64,000 nt of DNA from Candidatus Omnitrophota bacterium (lineage in GTDB: Bacteria > Omnitrophota > Gorgyraeia > Gygaellales > Profunditerraquicolaceae): positions 23,369 to 87,368 of the forward strand of contig JALOQJ010000003.1 of NCBI GenBank assembly GCA_025453445.1, in the 5' to 3' direction. Of the stretch, positions 46,388 to 55,877 are shown one piece after another. Position 1 is the stretch's first letter. The number at the start of each line of letters is the position of its first letter. The notes under the pieces are model-generated. The model was not told the DNA's origin, did no database searches, and was given only the letters and a program-made list of their open reading frames with translations. A program made the position numbers and the translations under genes.

Positions 46388-47656
46388 GTGTTAATAATTT
46401 ACGATTTAATATTTATTATTGTGGCTTTACTTTATTTGCCGGCATATTTATTGAAGAAGAAATTGCACCGTGGGTTCCTGATGCGTTTAGGTATCCTGCC
46501 AAAGGTACTGAAGTTGGACCGGCCAATCTGGGTGCATGCTGTCAGTGTAGGCGAAGCCATGGCTATCAGGGGCCTTCTTGAAGGTTTAAGAAAGGCGTAT
46601 CCTGCTAAAAAAATAGTGATTTCTACGGTAACTGCAACCGGAAATAAAATCGCCAAGAGCATTGCCCACGAAGGAGATTTTGTAACGTATCTTCCTTTGG
46701 ATCTGGGTTTTATCGTCAGAAAAACCATCGCTAAGATAAACCCGTCGTTATTTATTATTGCTGAAACGGAAATTTGGCCTAACTTAATCACTTGCCTTAA
46801 CCGTAAAAATGTTCCGGTGATCGTGGTAAACGGCAGGATCTCTGATCGTTCTTTTCAAGGCTATATGGCAGTGAAGTTTTTCCTCAAAGCCATATTGAAT
46901 AAGGTGAGCTTATTTTGCGTACAGTCTGAACGCGACAGCCAAAGATTAATTGATATGGGCGTACATTCCGATAAGGTAGCGGTTGCAGGGAATATGAAAT
47001 TTGATACCGCGGATTATACAGATATAAGAGTGACGGATTGCACAGATTTAAAAACCAAATTATGGCTTGATCCGGAAGGAAAATTAATTGTTGCCGGCAG
47101 CACCCATCCCGGAGAAGAAGAAATTATTTTGAGCGCCTATGAGAAATTATTGCCTGATTTTCCGGCAATCAGGCTGCTTATTGCCCCGCGTCATCCGGAA
47201 AGAGCAGATGAAGTAGCCGAAATTAGCGCAAAATACGGTTTTAGGCCGGCTTTTATCTCCTGGCTTGGAACTAAATGTGAAGTTTGCTCAAAGCCGCCGG
47301 TATTTATACTTGATACAATCGGTAAGCTGATGGATTTTTATGGGCTCGCTGATATTGTTTTTGTCGGCGGCAGCCTGATTAATAAAGGCGGGCATAATAT
47401 TTTAGAGCCGGCATCTTTAGCTAAACCTATTCTTTTTGGGCCGCAGATGTTTAATTTCCGGGATATCGCGGATTTATTCCTGGAAAACAATGCTTGTATT
47501 TTAGTGCGTAACGAAGAAGAAATCCGTAAAGCAATCAGGGATTTATTGGGAAATCCTGCTAAAATGGCTACTTTAGGCCAGAGAGCACAGGGTTTAATTG
47601 TAGAAAATCAGGGCGCTACCCGGCGCACACTGGAGTTAATCAAGCAATATGCTTAA
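46388..47656 (+). CDS. waaA: Kdo transferase
   Basis: WVHAVSVGE, ETEIWPN, GNMKFD, APRHPER, GGHNILEP. Confidence 0.95.
   Translation: MLIIYDLIFIIVALLYLPAYLLKKKLHRGFLMRLGILPKVLKLDRPIWVHAVSVGEAMAIRGLLEGLRKAYPAKKIVISTVTATGNKIAKSIAHEGDFVTYLPLDLGFIVRKTIAKINPSLFIIAETEIWPNLITCLNRKNVPVIVVNGRISDRSFQGYMAVKFFLKAILNKVSLFCVQSERDSQRLIDMGVHSDKVAVAGNMKFDTADYTDIRVTDCTDLKTKLWLDPEGKLIVAGSTHPGEEEIILSAYEKLLPDFPAIRLLIAPRHPERADEVAEISAKYGFRPAFISWLGTKCEVCSKPPVFILDTIGKLMDFYGLADIVFVGGSLINKGGHNILEPASLAKPILFGPQMFNFRDIADLFLENNACILVRNEEEIRKAIRDLLGNPAKMATLGQRAQGLIVENQGATRRTLELIKQYA
47008..47049 (+). repeat. Degenerate 9-mer repeats (CACAGATTN) inside the waaA interdomain linker
   Basis: cgcggatta tacagatat ... gacggattg cacagattt; translated ADYTDIRVTDCTDL. 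Confidence 0.55.
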
Positions 47657-48056
47657 AAAAATTACTACAAAAAATTTCCGGCCTTTTGGCCGGGTAATCG
47701 AATACCCTGCTAAGGGGTTAAAAAATAAAAAGACCAACCTTTTTTGTATTGTGCTTACTGAATCGCAGCCGCGGGGATGGCGGATTGCATATCTGGTGGT
47801 AAGGGATAAGGCAATTGATAAATTAGAGCGCCATCCTGATACTTATGAAAGTTTCGAACCGGTTTCCGGGAAAACCATCCTTTATCTGGCAAGGCCAGGG
47901 ATCCCTTCCAAAGTCGAATCTTTTATCCTTGATAAGCCGGTTATTCTGAATAAAGGCGTCTGGCATGGAGTGGTAACTTTAAGCAATGAATCCGAGATAA
48001 AAATCACTGAAAATGCTAGGGTTAAGTCTGATTTCCGCAATCTTCCTTCCCGATAA
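47649..48056 (+). CDS. Cupin, ureidoglycolate-lyase-like
   Basis: FRPFG, LERHPDTYESFEP, KGVWH. Confidence 0.7.
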   Translation: MLKKITTKNFRPFGRVIEYPAKGLKNKKTNLFCIVLTESQPRGWRIAYLVVRDKAIDKLERHPDTYESFEPVSGKTILYLARPGIPSKVESFILDKPVILNKGVWHGVVTLSNESEIKITENARVKSDFRNLPSR

Positions 48057-48100
48057 ATTTTAAAGACAACGGTTATAATTTCTGCTATAATATTTTCCCT

Positions 48101-48823
48101 ATGGAGATCAGAGCCCGGTCAAAAGACAACCTTGTGATTTTAGATTTATCCGGCAGAATTGACGTTAATTCTGCCAATTTAATCGAAGCCATTGGCCAGT
48201 GTTTGCGCGATGGTTACAGCGATATTCTCTGTAATTTTGAGGAGATTGAGTTTATTGATTACATGGGGATTTCAGCAATTGTTCTTGCCTATAAGGAAGT
48301 GATAAATAATAGCGGCAGAATTAAATTTACCAATATTCCGGCGCATTTAAAAAATTTATTCTCGGTAACCGGCCTGGACAGGTCCATTGATATTTACGCA
48401 GAAGAGGATTTAGCGGTCAATAGTTTTAAAGAAGATAAGGTAATCGAAAATATCCAGAAAATGCAGCTGCGCCGCCGCTTCAAGCGCCTGCCCATAGATA
48501 TTAAAATTGAGTTAAAAAATAAATACGCTACACCGGCACACTGCCTGAAAATGGATATTTTAAACCTCAGTGCTATCGGGGCTTATATCTATGGCTGCGA
48601 TCAATTTAAGTTAGGCGATGAAGTAATTTTAAAATTCAAGCTTCCTCCCCTGCAGGAGGAGATGGAGATTGAAGCAAAAGTTGTCTGGCTTTCAGATAAG
48701 CAGGTTCAACCGCATATTCATCCTGGCATTGCCGTGGAATTCAGCCATATGCCCGCAGCTACTCAAAGTAAATTGCTTGAATTTATTGAACGTAACCTCT
48801 CGTTTATGTCCAGCGGCGATTAA
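48101..48823 (+). CDS. STAS (anti-sigma antagonist-like) + PilZ domain protein
   Basis: LSGRID..FIDYMG..TGLD STAS; RRRFKR and NLSAIG PilZ motifs; TGcTATAAT at 48083-48091. Confidence 0.8.
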   Translation: MEIRARSKDNLVILDLSGRIDVNSANLIEAIGQCLRDGYSDILCNFEEIEFIDYMGISAIVLAYKEVINNSGRIKFTNIPAHLKNLFSVTGLDRSIDIYAEEDLAVNSFKEDKVIENIQKMQLRRRFKRLPIDIKIELKNKYATPAHCLKMDILNLSAIGAYIYGCDQFKLGDEVILKFKLPPLQEEMEIEAKVVWLSDKQVQPHIHPGIAVEFSHMPAATQSKLLEFIERNLSFMSSGD

Positions 48824-48856
48824 TCATCAAAGACAAGGCAGGTATGATTTAGAAAT

Positions 48857-49930
48857 ATGCGCGAATTTCTCTATAATTTAGCTACGGATAAAAGCCAGGG
48901 CTTTTTGGCGGAAGCTGCCAAAATGGGCCTATTTTTTCTCTCATTAATTTACGGTTTAATTGTCAGAGTGCTGGCTGTTTTTTACGGGTTAAAACCGTAT
49001 TCTGCAGGCTGCAAGGTTATCAGCGTCGGTAATATTACTTTGGGCGGCACGGGAAAGACTGTTTTGGTTGAACATATTGCCAGGTTCCTGAAAGGCCAGG
49101 GCCGCGCAATTGCAATTCTTAGCCGCGGCTATAAAAGAAATTTAAAGACTTATGACTTAAAGCTTACGGCATTTGAAAATATGGGCGATGAGCCGTGTAT
49201 GCTGCAGTCTAAGTTAACCGGTATTCCGATTATCGTGGATGCGGACAGGATGCAGGGAGCAAAAAAAGCAGTGCGCGACTATGCTGTGGATACTGTAATA
49301 CTGGATGATGGGTTTCAGCAGTGGAAGATAAAAAAAGACCTCGATATCGTAACCATTGATGCAACGGATCCTTTCGGCAATCAACAGGTGTTGCCGCGGG
49401 GGATTTTACGCGAGCCTCTTTCGTCTTTGAAGCGTGCAGGAATTTTCGTTTTAACTAAAACCAACCTTAATCCTAATATTGAAGATATTGTAGAATTTTT
49501 ACAGGAAATTAATCCGCAGGCGTTAATCGTGGAATCAGCACATCAGCCGCGTTGTATTTTTAAGCTGGGCAATCGTGAGGAAGTTTTTGATTTAAGCCTG
49601 CTAAAAGGCAAAACCATAGCTTTATTTTGCGGTATCGGAGACCCGGATTCTTTTGAGAATCTGTCGTTAGGTTTAGGCGCGCGGATTGGGTTATCGAAGC
49701 AATTCTCCGATCATCACAATTATTCCCGTCAGGATCTGGAAAATATTATCCGGCAGGCAGAGGAAGAAGGTATTGATACGATTGTTACTACTGAAAAAGA
49801 TGCTGTACGCCTTAACGGGCAGGGGTTTGAGGGGTTAAAGATACAGATACTGGTGTTGCATATTGAGCTGAAGATTACTAAAAATGAAGAAGGATTATAT
49901 ACTCGATTACGTCAGTTGTATAATTTTTAG
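48857..49930 (+). CDS. lpxK: Tetraacyldisaccharide 4'-kinase
   Basis: SVGNITLGGTGKT, SRGY, GDEP, LDDGFQ, TTEKD. Confidence 0.95.
   Translation: MREFLYNLATDKSQGFLAEAAKMGLFFLSLIYGLIVRVLAVFYGLKPYSAGCKVISVGNITLGGTGKTVLVEHIARFLKGQGRAIAILSRGYKRNLKTYDLKLTAFENMGDEPCMLQSKLTGIPIIVDADRMQGAKKAVRDYAVDTVILDDGFQQWKIKKDLDIVTIDATDPFGNQQVLPRGILREPLSSLKRAGIFVLTKTNLNPNIEDIVEFLQEINPQALIVESAHQPRCIFKLGNREEVFDLSLLKGKTIALFCGIGDPDSFENLSLGLGARIGLSKQFSDHHNYSRQDLENIIRQAEEEGIDTIVTTEKDAVRLNGQGFEGLKIQILVLHIELKITKNEEGLYTRLRQLYNF
49139..49166 (+). repeat. Degenerate heptamer array inside the lpxK variable loop
   Basis: aatttaa agactta tgactta aagctta between SRGYK and GDEP. Confidence 0.6.
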
Positions 49931-51821
49931 GCTGTTTGGCCCGGTAGTTAGGGCATTGCCTTTGAAGTTCAGCCTATTTCTTGGCAGGGTTATCGGATGC
50001 TGCCTGTATTTTTTTGATTTTAAACATCGGGCTATTTCCTATTCCAATATCAGGCAGGCATTTGCCGGGGAATTATCGCCTGCCGAGATTTCGGCGATGA
50101 ACAAAAAGTTTTACAAGAATTTCGGCCAGAATGTAATTGAAGTATTTCTTATTCCGATAGTTAAAAAGAAATACTTCAATAAGTATATTACTGTTGACGG
50201 TAAAGAACATACTTATGAAGCTTTTAAGCAGGGTAAGGGAGTAATTCTGGCTGCTTTTCATGCCGGTAATTGGGAACTCTCGAATATCGTCTGCGCTAAC
50301 TTAGGGTTTAGTTTCAGCCTGTTTGTGCGCGAGCAGCAGCTTGTCCGTTTAAACGAGTTGCTGAATTCTCTGCGTTGCGCCCAGGGTTATAAGATTATTC
50401 AGAGAGGGAATCAGGTCCGCGGTTTAGTTGAGGCACTGAAAAAAAATGAAGCAGTAGGAATGACTGTAGATCAGGGTGGTAAAACCGGAGAATTGGTTAA
50501 ATTTTTTGGCAAGGAAGCTTCTATGGCTACCGGTGCGGTGAAGCTCGCCTTAAAATATGGTGCGGTTATTTTGCCGGCTTATTATACGCGTATCAATGGC
50601 CCTTATCAGAAGGTAATTATTGGCGAAGCATTTCCGATTAATCAGGAGAAAAGCGTAAAAGAAAATTTACAGAGGCTTGTTTCTGTTTTTGAGAAAATTA
50701 TCCGGCAATATCCACATGAATACTACTGGCCGTATAAAATCTGGAAATACACAAAAGAGAAAAATATTTTAATTTTAAGCGATGGTAAAGCCGGGCATCT
50801 CAGGCAGTCTCAGGCAGTTGCTGTTATCGTAAAAAAAACCCTGGAGGCATGGGGAGTCAAAACCAGCCTTGAGTTATTGCAGATAGAATTTAAGAATAAA
50901 TTTTCCCGGCATCTTTTGGCTTGCACAGGATGTTTAAGTGGGAAATACAGCTGTAAGGGTTGCCTGTGGTGCTTAAGAAATAGCCTGCAAAATAACACTT
51001 ATCAGGCTTTGCTTAGGCAAAAACCGGATATTGTGATTTCCTGCGGCGCAGGTTTAGCTGCTGTCAACCGCCTGCTTGCAAAAGAAAGCCTCGCTAAATC
51101 GATTGTTCTGATGAAGCCGTCTATTTTAAGCACAAAAAAATTTGATCTGGTAATTATGCCGCGGCATGACCAGCCGCCAAAGAGAAAAAATGTCCTTATT
51201 ACGGAAGGCGCGCTGAATTTAATAGACGAAAATTATCTGCGAGAAGAAGCTAAGGAAATGAAAAATTTTATATCACCTGGTTTGCAGACGGCAGCAATTT
51301 ACATCGGGTTATTAATCGGAGGGGATACCAAGAAATTTCATTTGAACCCGCAGGCAGTTAAGGGAATAGTCAGGCAGGTAAAGTCCATTGCCGAAGGTAA
51401 TAACGCCGCTATTCTGGCAACGACTTCCCGCAGGACTTCCCCGGCAATAGAGAATATGTTGAAGAGCGAGCTGAAAAATTTCCCGCTTTGCCATTCGTTG
51501 ATTACTGCCAATGAAAAAAACCCTTCTTTTTCCGTAGGGGGGATACTGGGATTATCGGAGATTATCGTGGTTTCTCCTGAAAGTATATCCATGGTTTCTG
51601 AAGCATCAACCAGCGGGAAATATGTCGTTGTATTTGATGATGCGGATTTAGATAGAAAACATCGCAGGTTCCTGAAATATTTCGCCGAGAAAAAATATAT
51701 TTATCTTATCAAGCCGCAGGAGCTGGAGGAGCAAATAGCATATTTGAGATTAAACAAGCCAAAGATAAATGTTTTAAACGACAGAGAGCTTATTACTGAA
51801 GCGATTAAAAAAATACTATGA
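49884..51821 (+). CDS. Lipid A acyltransferase (LpxL-like) fused to an ELM1/GtrOC1-like domain
   Basis: FHAGNWE, DQG, FFG; C-terminal SDGKAGH..Q, PRHD, TSRRT, ESISMVSEA. Confidence 0.8.
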   Translation: MKKDYILDYVSCIIFRLFGPVVRALPLKFSLFLGRVIGCCLYFFDFKHRAISYSNIRQAFAGELSPAEISAMNKKFYKNFGQNVIEVFLIPIVKKKYFNKYITVDGKEHTYEAFKQGKGVILAAFHAGNWELSNIVCANLGFSFSLFVREQQLVRLNELLNSLRCAQGYKIIQRGNQVRGLVEALKKNEAVGMTVDQGGKTGELVKFFGKEASMATGAVKLALKYGAVILPAYYTRINGPYQKVIIGEAFPINQEKSVKENLQRLVSVFEKIIRQYPHEYYWPYKIWKYTKEKNILILSDGKAGHLRQSQAVAVIVKKTLEAWGVKTSLELLQIEFKNKFSRHLLACTGCLSGKYSCKGCLWCLRNSLQNNTYQALLRQKPDIVISCGAGLAAVNRLLAKESLAKSIVLMKPSILSTKKFDLVIMPRHDQPPKRKNVLITEGALNLIDENYLREEAKEMKNFISPGLQTAAIYIGLLIGGDTKKFHLNPQAVKGIVRQVKSIAEGNNAAILATTSRRTSPAIENMLKSELKNFPLCHSLITANEKNPSFSVGGILGLSEIIVVSPESISMVSEASTSGKYVVVFDDADLDRKHRRFLKYFAEKKYIYLIKPQELEEQIAYLRLNKPKINVLNDRELITEAIKKIL

Positions 51822-51822
51822 A

Positions 51823-51901
51823 CCCTGCCCTTCCTAAAAATTATTACATGCTAGTAAAATTAAAGGATGGAAGGGGTATGATTAAGGAAGGAAGGGCGGG
51901 G
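51823..51901. mobile_element. 79-bp CCCCGCCC-family element inserted in an ATGA stop/start overlap, TGAA duplication
   Basis: a-tgaa|ccctgcccttcc...ggaagggcgggg|tgaa-catcc. Confidence 0.85.
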
Positions 51902-53991
51902 TGAACATCCTGCAAATTTTACCAGAGCTACGCGTTGGCGGAGTAGAAACCGGTACAGTTGATTTGGCCCGTCATTTGGTCAAGCTGGGGCATAAAGCAG
52001 TGGTAATTTCTGCCGGCGGAGAGCTGGTAAAGGAACTGGAAGCTGCCGGTGTCTCGCATTATCAGCTGCCTGTGCATAAGAAATCGTTCTTTACCATGCT
52101 GAAGATGATTCCGGCGATTGCCTCGATTATTATTAAGGAAAATATAGATATTGTGCATGCGCGTTCGCGGGTGCCGGCATGGAGCGCTTATTTTGCCAGC
52201 CGTCGGACTGGAAAGGTGTTTATTACCACCTGTCATGGTTTTTATAATAAACAGCCCTTTAGCTATGTTATGGGCTGGGGCAGGAAGGTAATTGCTCCTA
52301 GTAATGTAATTGCCCGGCACATGATTGATGACTTTGGAGTGCCTCATGAACGGATCAGTTTAGTGCCGCGCAGCGTAGATCTCTCAAGGTTCAGGTATAC
52401 CAATCCCGATGAAAAAAGAAAAGAAGAATTTAACGTTGGTATTATTGGCAGGGTTACTCCGATTAAAGGGCATTTGCATTTTATCAAGGCTATGCATAAG
52501 GCCTCTAAAAGCATCCCGCGCCTAAAAATATGGATAGTTGGAGATGCGCCTTCTTCTAAAGAGGCTTACAAAGAACAATTACAAGTTTTAATCAAGCGCC
52601 TCGGGCTTTGGCACAATACAGAATTCCTCGGTACACAGCGGGATATTCCGGCGATACTGACTCATCTGGATCTTTTAGTAATGGCAACGACTACACAGGA
52701 GGCATTCGGTCGCGTAGTGATCGAAGCACAGGCAGCAGGAGTGCCGGTTGTGGCAACAAAAGTCGGAGGAGTGATTGATGTTATTGAGGACGGTAGGACC
52801 GGGCTTTTAGTCCCTGCTGCAGACCCACAAAGCATGAGCGAAGCAGTAGTGAAGATTTTTAAGGATAAATCTCTGGCGCGCCGGCTTGCCGAAGAAGCAG
52901 TAAAAAACGTGGGCGAAAAATATAACCTGGATTTAATGGTTAAAAATACGCTGAAGGTTTATGAAGGCGCCCTGAAGAACCATAAGATTATGGTGATTAA
53001 ATTCAGTTCTGCCGGAGATGTAATTCTTTCTACTGCGGCAATCAGGGCAATCAGGGAAAAGTTTAATCACAGCTATAAGATTAGTTTTCTTACCGGGGAA
53101 GGGTCAAAAGATGTTTTATTAAGATGCCCTTATATTGATGAATTATTAGTATGCGACTTAAAAAATAAAGATAAAGGTTTTAAAGGCCTGATTAAGTGGG
53201 GAGCGATCTTAAGAAAGAAAGATTTTGATATTGTTATTGACCTGCAAAATAACCGTAAAAGCCATATCTTGGCAGCCTTAAGCCTGGCCCTGGATCGCTA
53301 CGGTTATGATAATAAAAAATTCGGCTTCCTGCTTAATCACCGGATTAGAGATGATAAACCGTTAATCAGCCCTTTGGAACATCAATTCAAGATATTGAAG
53401 ATGCTGGGTATCGAATCACAGGATCATCAGCTGGAATTGTGGCAATCAGGCGATGATATGAGCTATATAGAGGAATTACTTGGCGCAGAGTGGTTAAGTG
53501 CCAATTCAAAACTCGTTGGAATCAATATCAGTGCCAGCCCGCGTTGGCTGACTAAAAATTTAACTTTAGCGCAGCTGGAGAAGCTTTGCGCAGGGCTGGG
53601 AGGTAAGGATATGCGTATTGTGCTTACCGGCATAGAAAAAGATTCTGCAACTGCCGAAATTCTTGCCAATGCCCTAAAAAATATAAAATTAATTAATCTT
53701 TGCGGTAAAACTACGATTAATCAGCTTGCTTGTTTGATAAAAAAATGCAGTGTATATATCTCTTCTGATTCAGCGCCCATGCATATTGCAAGTGCTGTGC
53801 GATCGCCGTTTGTGGCGTTATTCGGCCCGACAGATCCCCGCCGGCACCTGCCACCGGCAAAGAATTTCGTGATGATCAGAAAAGATTTAGCCTGCAGCCC
53901 GTGCTATAAACCTAAATGTAAAACCAATGAATGCATGAAAACAATAGCCGTAGACGAGATATTAGAAGCAGTAGATAAATTGTTAAAATAA
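51901..53991 (+). CDS. GT4 + GT9 (heptosyltransferase-like) fusion glycosyltransferase
   Basis: GGVETGT, HARSRVPAW, EAFGRVVIEA; SSAGDVIL, DSAPMHIA, FGPT. Confidence 0.88.
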   Translation: MNILQILPELRVGGVETGTVDLARHLVKLGHKAVVISAGGELVKELEAAGVSHYQLPVHKKSFFTMLKMIPAIASIIIKENIDIVHARSRVPAWSAYFASRRTGKVFITTCHGFYNKQPFSYVMGWGRKVIAPSNVIARHMIDDFGVPHERISLVPRSVDLSRFRYTNPDEKRKEEFNVGIIGRVTPIKGHLHFIKAMHKASKSIPRLKIWIVGDAPSSKEAYKEQLQVLIKRLGLWHNTEFLGTQRDIPAILTHLDLLVMATTTQEAFGRVVIEAQAAGVPVVATKVGGVIDVIEDGRTGLLVPAADPQSMSEAVVKIFKDKSLARRLAEEAVKNVGEKYNLDLMVKNTLKVYEGALKNHKIMVIKFSSAGDVILSTAAIRAIREKFNHSYKISFLTGEGSKDVLLRCPYIDELLVCDLKNKDKGFKGLIKWGAILRKKDFDIVIDLQNNRKSHILAALSLALDRYGYDNKKFGFLLNHRIRDDKPLISPLEHQFKILKMLGIESQDHQLELWQSGDDMSYIEELLGAEWLSANSKLVGINISASPRWLTKNLTLAQLEKLCAGLGGKDMRIVLTGIEKDSATAEILANALKNIKLINLCGKTTINQLACLIKKCSVYISSDSAPMHIASAVRSPFVALFGPTDPRRHLPPAKNFVMIRKDLACSPCYKPKCKTNECMKTIAVDEILEAVDKLLK

Positions 53992-54000
53992 AAATTAAAA

Positions 54001-55098
54001 ATGAATATTTTATTATTAAGCAATCACCTTAATGTCGGCGGGATTTCCAGCTATATTCTGACCTTAGCAAAAGGCCTGCAGAACAAGGGCCATAAAGTTT
54101 ATGTTGCTTCTGGTGCAGGTGAATTACTGGTGCGTTTAAAAGATGAAGGCATAATTCATATCCCCGTACCATTAAAGACTAAGGCAGAGATAAGCCCGAA
54201 TGTTTTAATCAGTTTTTTCAAATTATTGCCTGAGATGAAGAAAAAAAATATTGATATTATCCATGCCAATACACGGGTAACTCAGGTATTAAGCTGTTTC
54301 TTGAGCCGGTATTCAGGTGCGCCGTTTATTTCTACCTGCCACGGATTTTTTAAAAAAAGGTTGTTCCGGAAGATCTTATCCTGCTGGGGAGAGAGGGTAA
54401 TTGCTATCAGTGAACAGGTAAAAGAGCATTTGGTAAATGATTTTGGAGTTCAGAAAAATAGAATCAGGCTCGTTCATAATGGTATAGATTTAACTAAATT
54501 CAGCCCTCAGCTTTCAGCCTTCAGCTTTCAGCAAAAGAAAGATTTTGCTTTAAGCGACGGCCCGGTTATCGGGATTGTTGCCAGGCTCTCCGATGTTAAA
54601 GGGCATATTTACCTGATTCAGGCAATGAAAATGGTCTTAGAAAAAATTCCTTCAGCGCAACTGGTTATTGTCGGCGAGGGTAAGATTAAAGATAGCCTGG
54701 TCAAATTAAGCCGGGAACTTTGCATTGAGAAAAGCATGAAATTTATTCCCAATGTAATGGATACAAGGGGTATTTTATCGGTTATTGATTTATTTGTCCT
54801 GCCTTCTTTAAAAGAAGGGCTGGGCCTGAGCCTGATGGAGGCAATGAGCATGGGCAAAGCAGTGGTTGGCTCGAATATCGGCGGAATAAAAAGCCTGATT
54901 CAGCACAGGGTAAACGGGCTCTTGGTTGAACCTGCTAATCCTGAACAGTTAGCTTTAGCAATAATTGAGCTTCTGCAGGATGCAGCAAAAAGAGAATTAT
55001 TCGGCCAAAGGGCATTGGAATTTATCGCCGGAAATTTTTCTCAAAGTGACATGATTTCTAAGACGGAAGAGGTTTATCAGGAATGCGTAAAGCGCTGA
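54001..55098 (+). CDS. GT4 glycosyltransferase
   Basis: GGISSY, HNGID, EGLGLSLMEAM. Confidence 0.9.
   Translation: MNILLLSNHLNVGGISSYILTLAKGLQNKGHKVYVASGAGELLVRLKDEGIIHIPVPLKTKAEISPNVLISFFKLLPEMKKKNIDIIHANTRVTQVLSCFLSRYSGAPFISTCHGFFKKRLFRKILSCWGERVIAISEQVKEHLVNDFGVQKNRIRLVHNGIDLTKFSPQLSAFSFQQKKDFALSDGPVIGIVARLSDVKGHIYLIQAMKMVLEKIPSAQLVIVGEGKIKDSLVKLSRELCIEKSMKFIPNVMDTRGILSVIDLFVLPSLKEGLGLSLMEAMSMGKAVVGSNIGGIKSLIQHRVNGLLVEPANPEQLALAIIELLQDAAKRELFGQRALEFIAGNFSQSDMISKTEEVYQECVKR
54498..54532 (+). repeat. Heptamer array (YTTCAGC type x5) in the GT4 interdomain linker
   Basis: attcagc cctcagc tttcagc cttcagc tttcagc; translated FSPQLSAFSFQ. Confidence 0.9.
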
Positions 55099-55877
55099 TT
55101 TTGTTTCTTGTTCTGCTAGTTGTACTTTTATCGCTGGGCATCTTTTTTAAAGATAAATATGTCCTGCCGATACTGATGTATCATATGGTTTACCCCCAAG
55201 CTGAAGCACGGTACCGGCCGGCAGTGCGGGATGTAACTTTTGCCCGTCAGATGAAGTTTTTAAAAACTTTCCGTTATAATGTAATCCCTCTTGAAAAAGC
55301 TATGCAATTAATCCGAGAAAAAAAGAAAATCCCTCCTCGTACGGTTGTGCTTACCTTTGACGATGGATATAGGGATAACCTTATTTATGCTCTGCCGATA
55401 CTGAAAAAATATAATTTCCCGGCAACAATATTTATCATTGTTGATGAAGTGGAGAAAAATCCGCAAAAGCTTACCTGGGCAGATATAAAAGTTATGCAAA
55501 ATTCAGGATTGATTTCCTTTGGCAGCCATTGCTTGGGTGCCGAGCCTTTAGTAAATATAAGATCAGTTGATGAAATAAAAAGGCAGATATTTGAATCAAA
55601 GAAGATACTGGAGGAAAAATTAGGTAGAGAAGTCAAATTATTCAGCTATCCCGAGGGAATGTTTAATGATAAGATAAGGCAGCTGGTAATAGATGCCGGT
55701 TATTCCGGGGCTGTAACTACCAATCCCGGGAAACATTATTCCAGCGATGATGTTTTTGCTTTAAAAAGATTAAGGATCTCCGAAAATGCCGCTAATTTGT
55801 TTATCTTTGCCGTTGAGTCATCAGGTTACTATACTTTTATGAAAGAAAATAAGAGGAAGAAGCATGGAAAAAAATAA
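55083..55877 (+). CDS. Polysaccharide deacetylase (CE4)
   Basis: PILMYH, LTFDDGY, FGSH, FSYPEG. Confidence 0.9.
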   Translation: MRKALILFLVLLVVLLSLGIFFKDKYVLPILMYHMVYPQAEARYRPAVRDVTFARQMKFLKTFRYNVIPLEKAMQLIREKKKIPPRTVVLTFDDGYRDNLIYALPILKKYNFPATIFIIVDEVEKNPQKLTWADIKVMQNSGLISFGSHCLGAEPLVNIRSVDEIKRQIFESKKILEEKLGREVKLFSYPEGMFNDKIRQLVIDAGYSGAVTTNPGKHYSSDDVFALKRLRISENAANLFIFAVESSGYYTFMKENKRKKHGKK

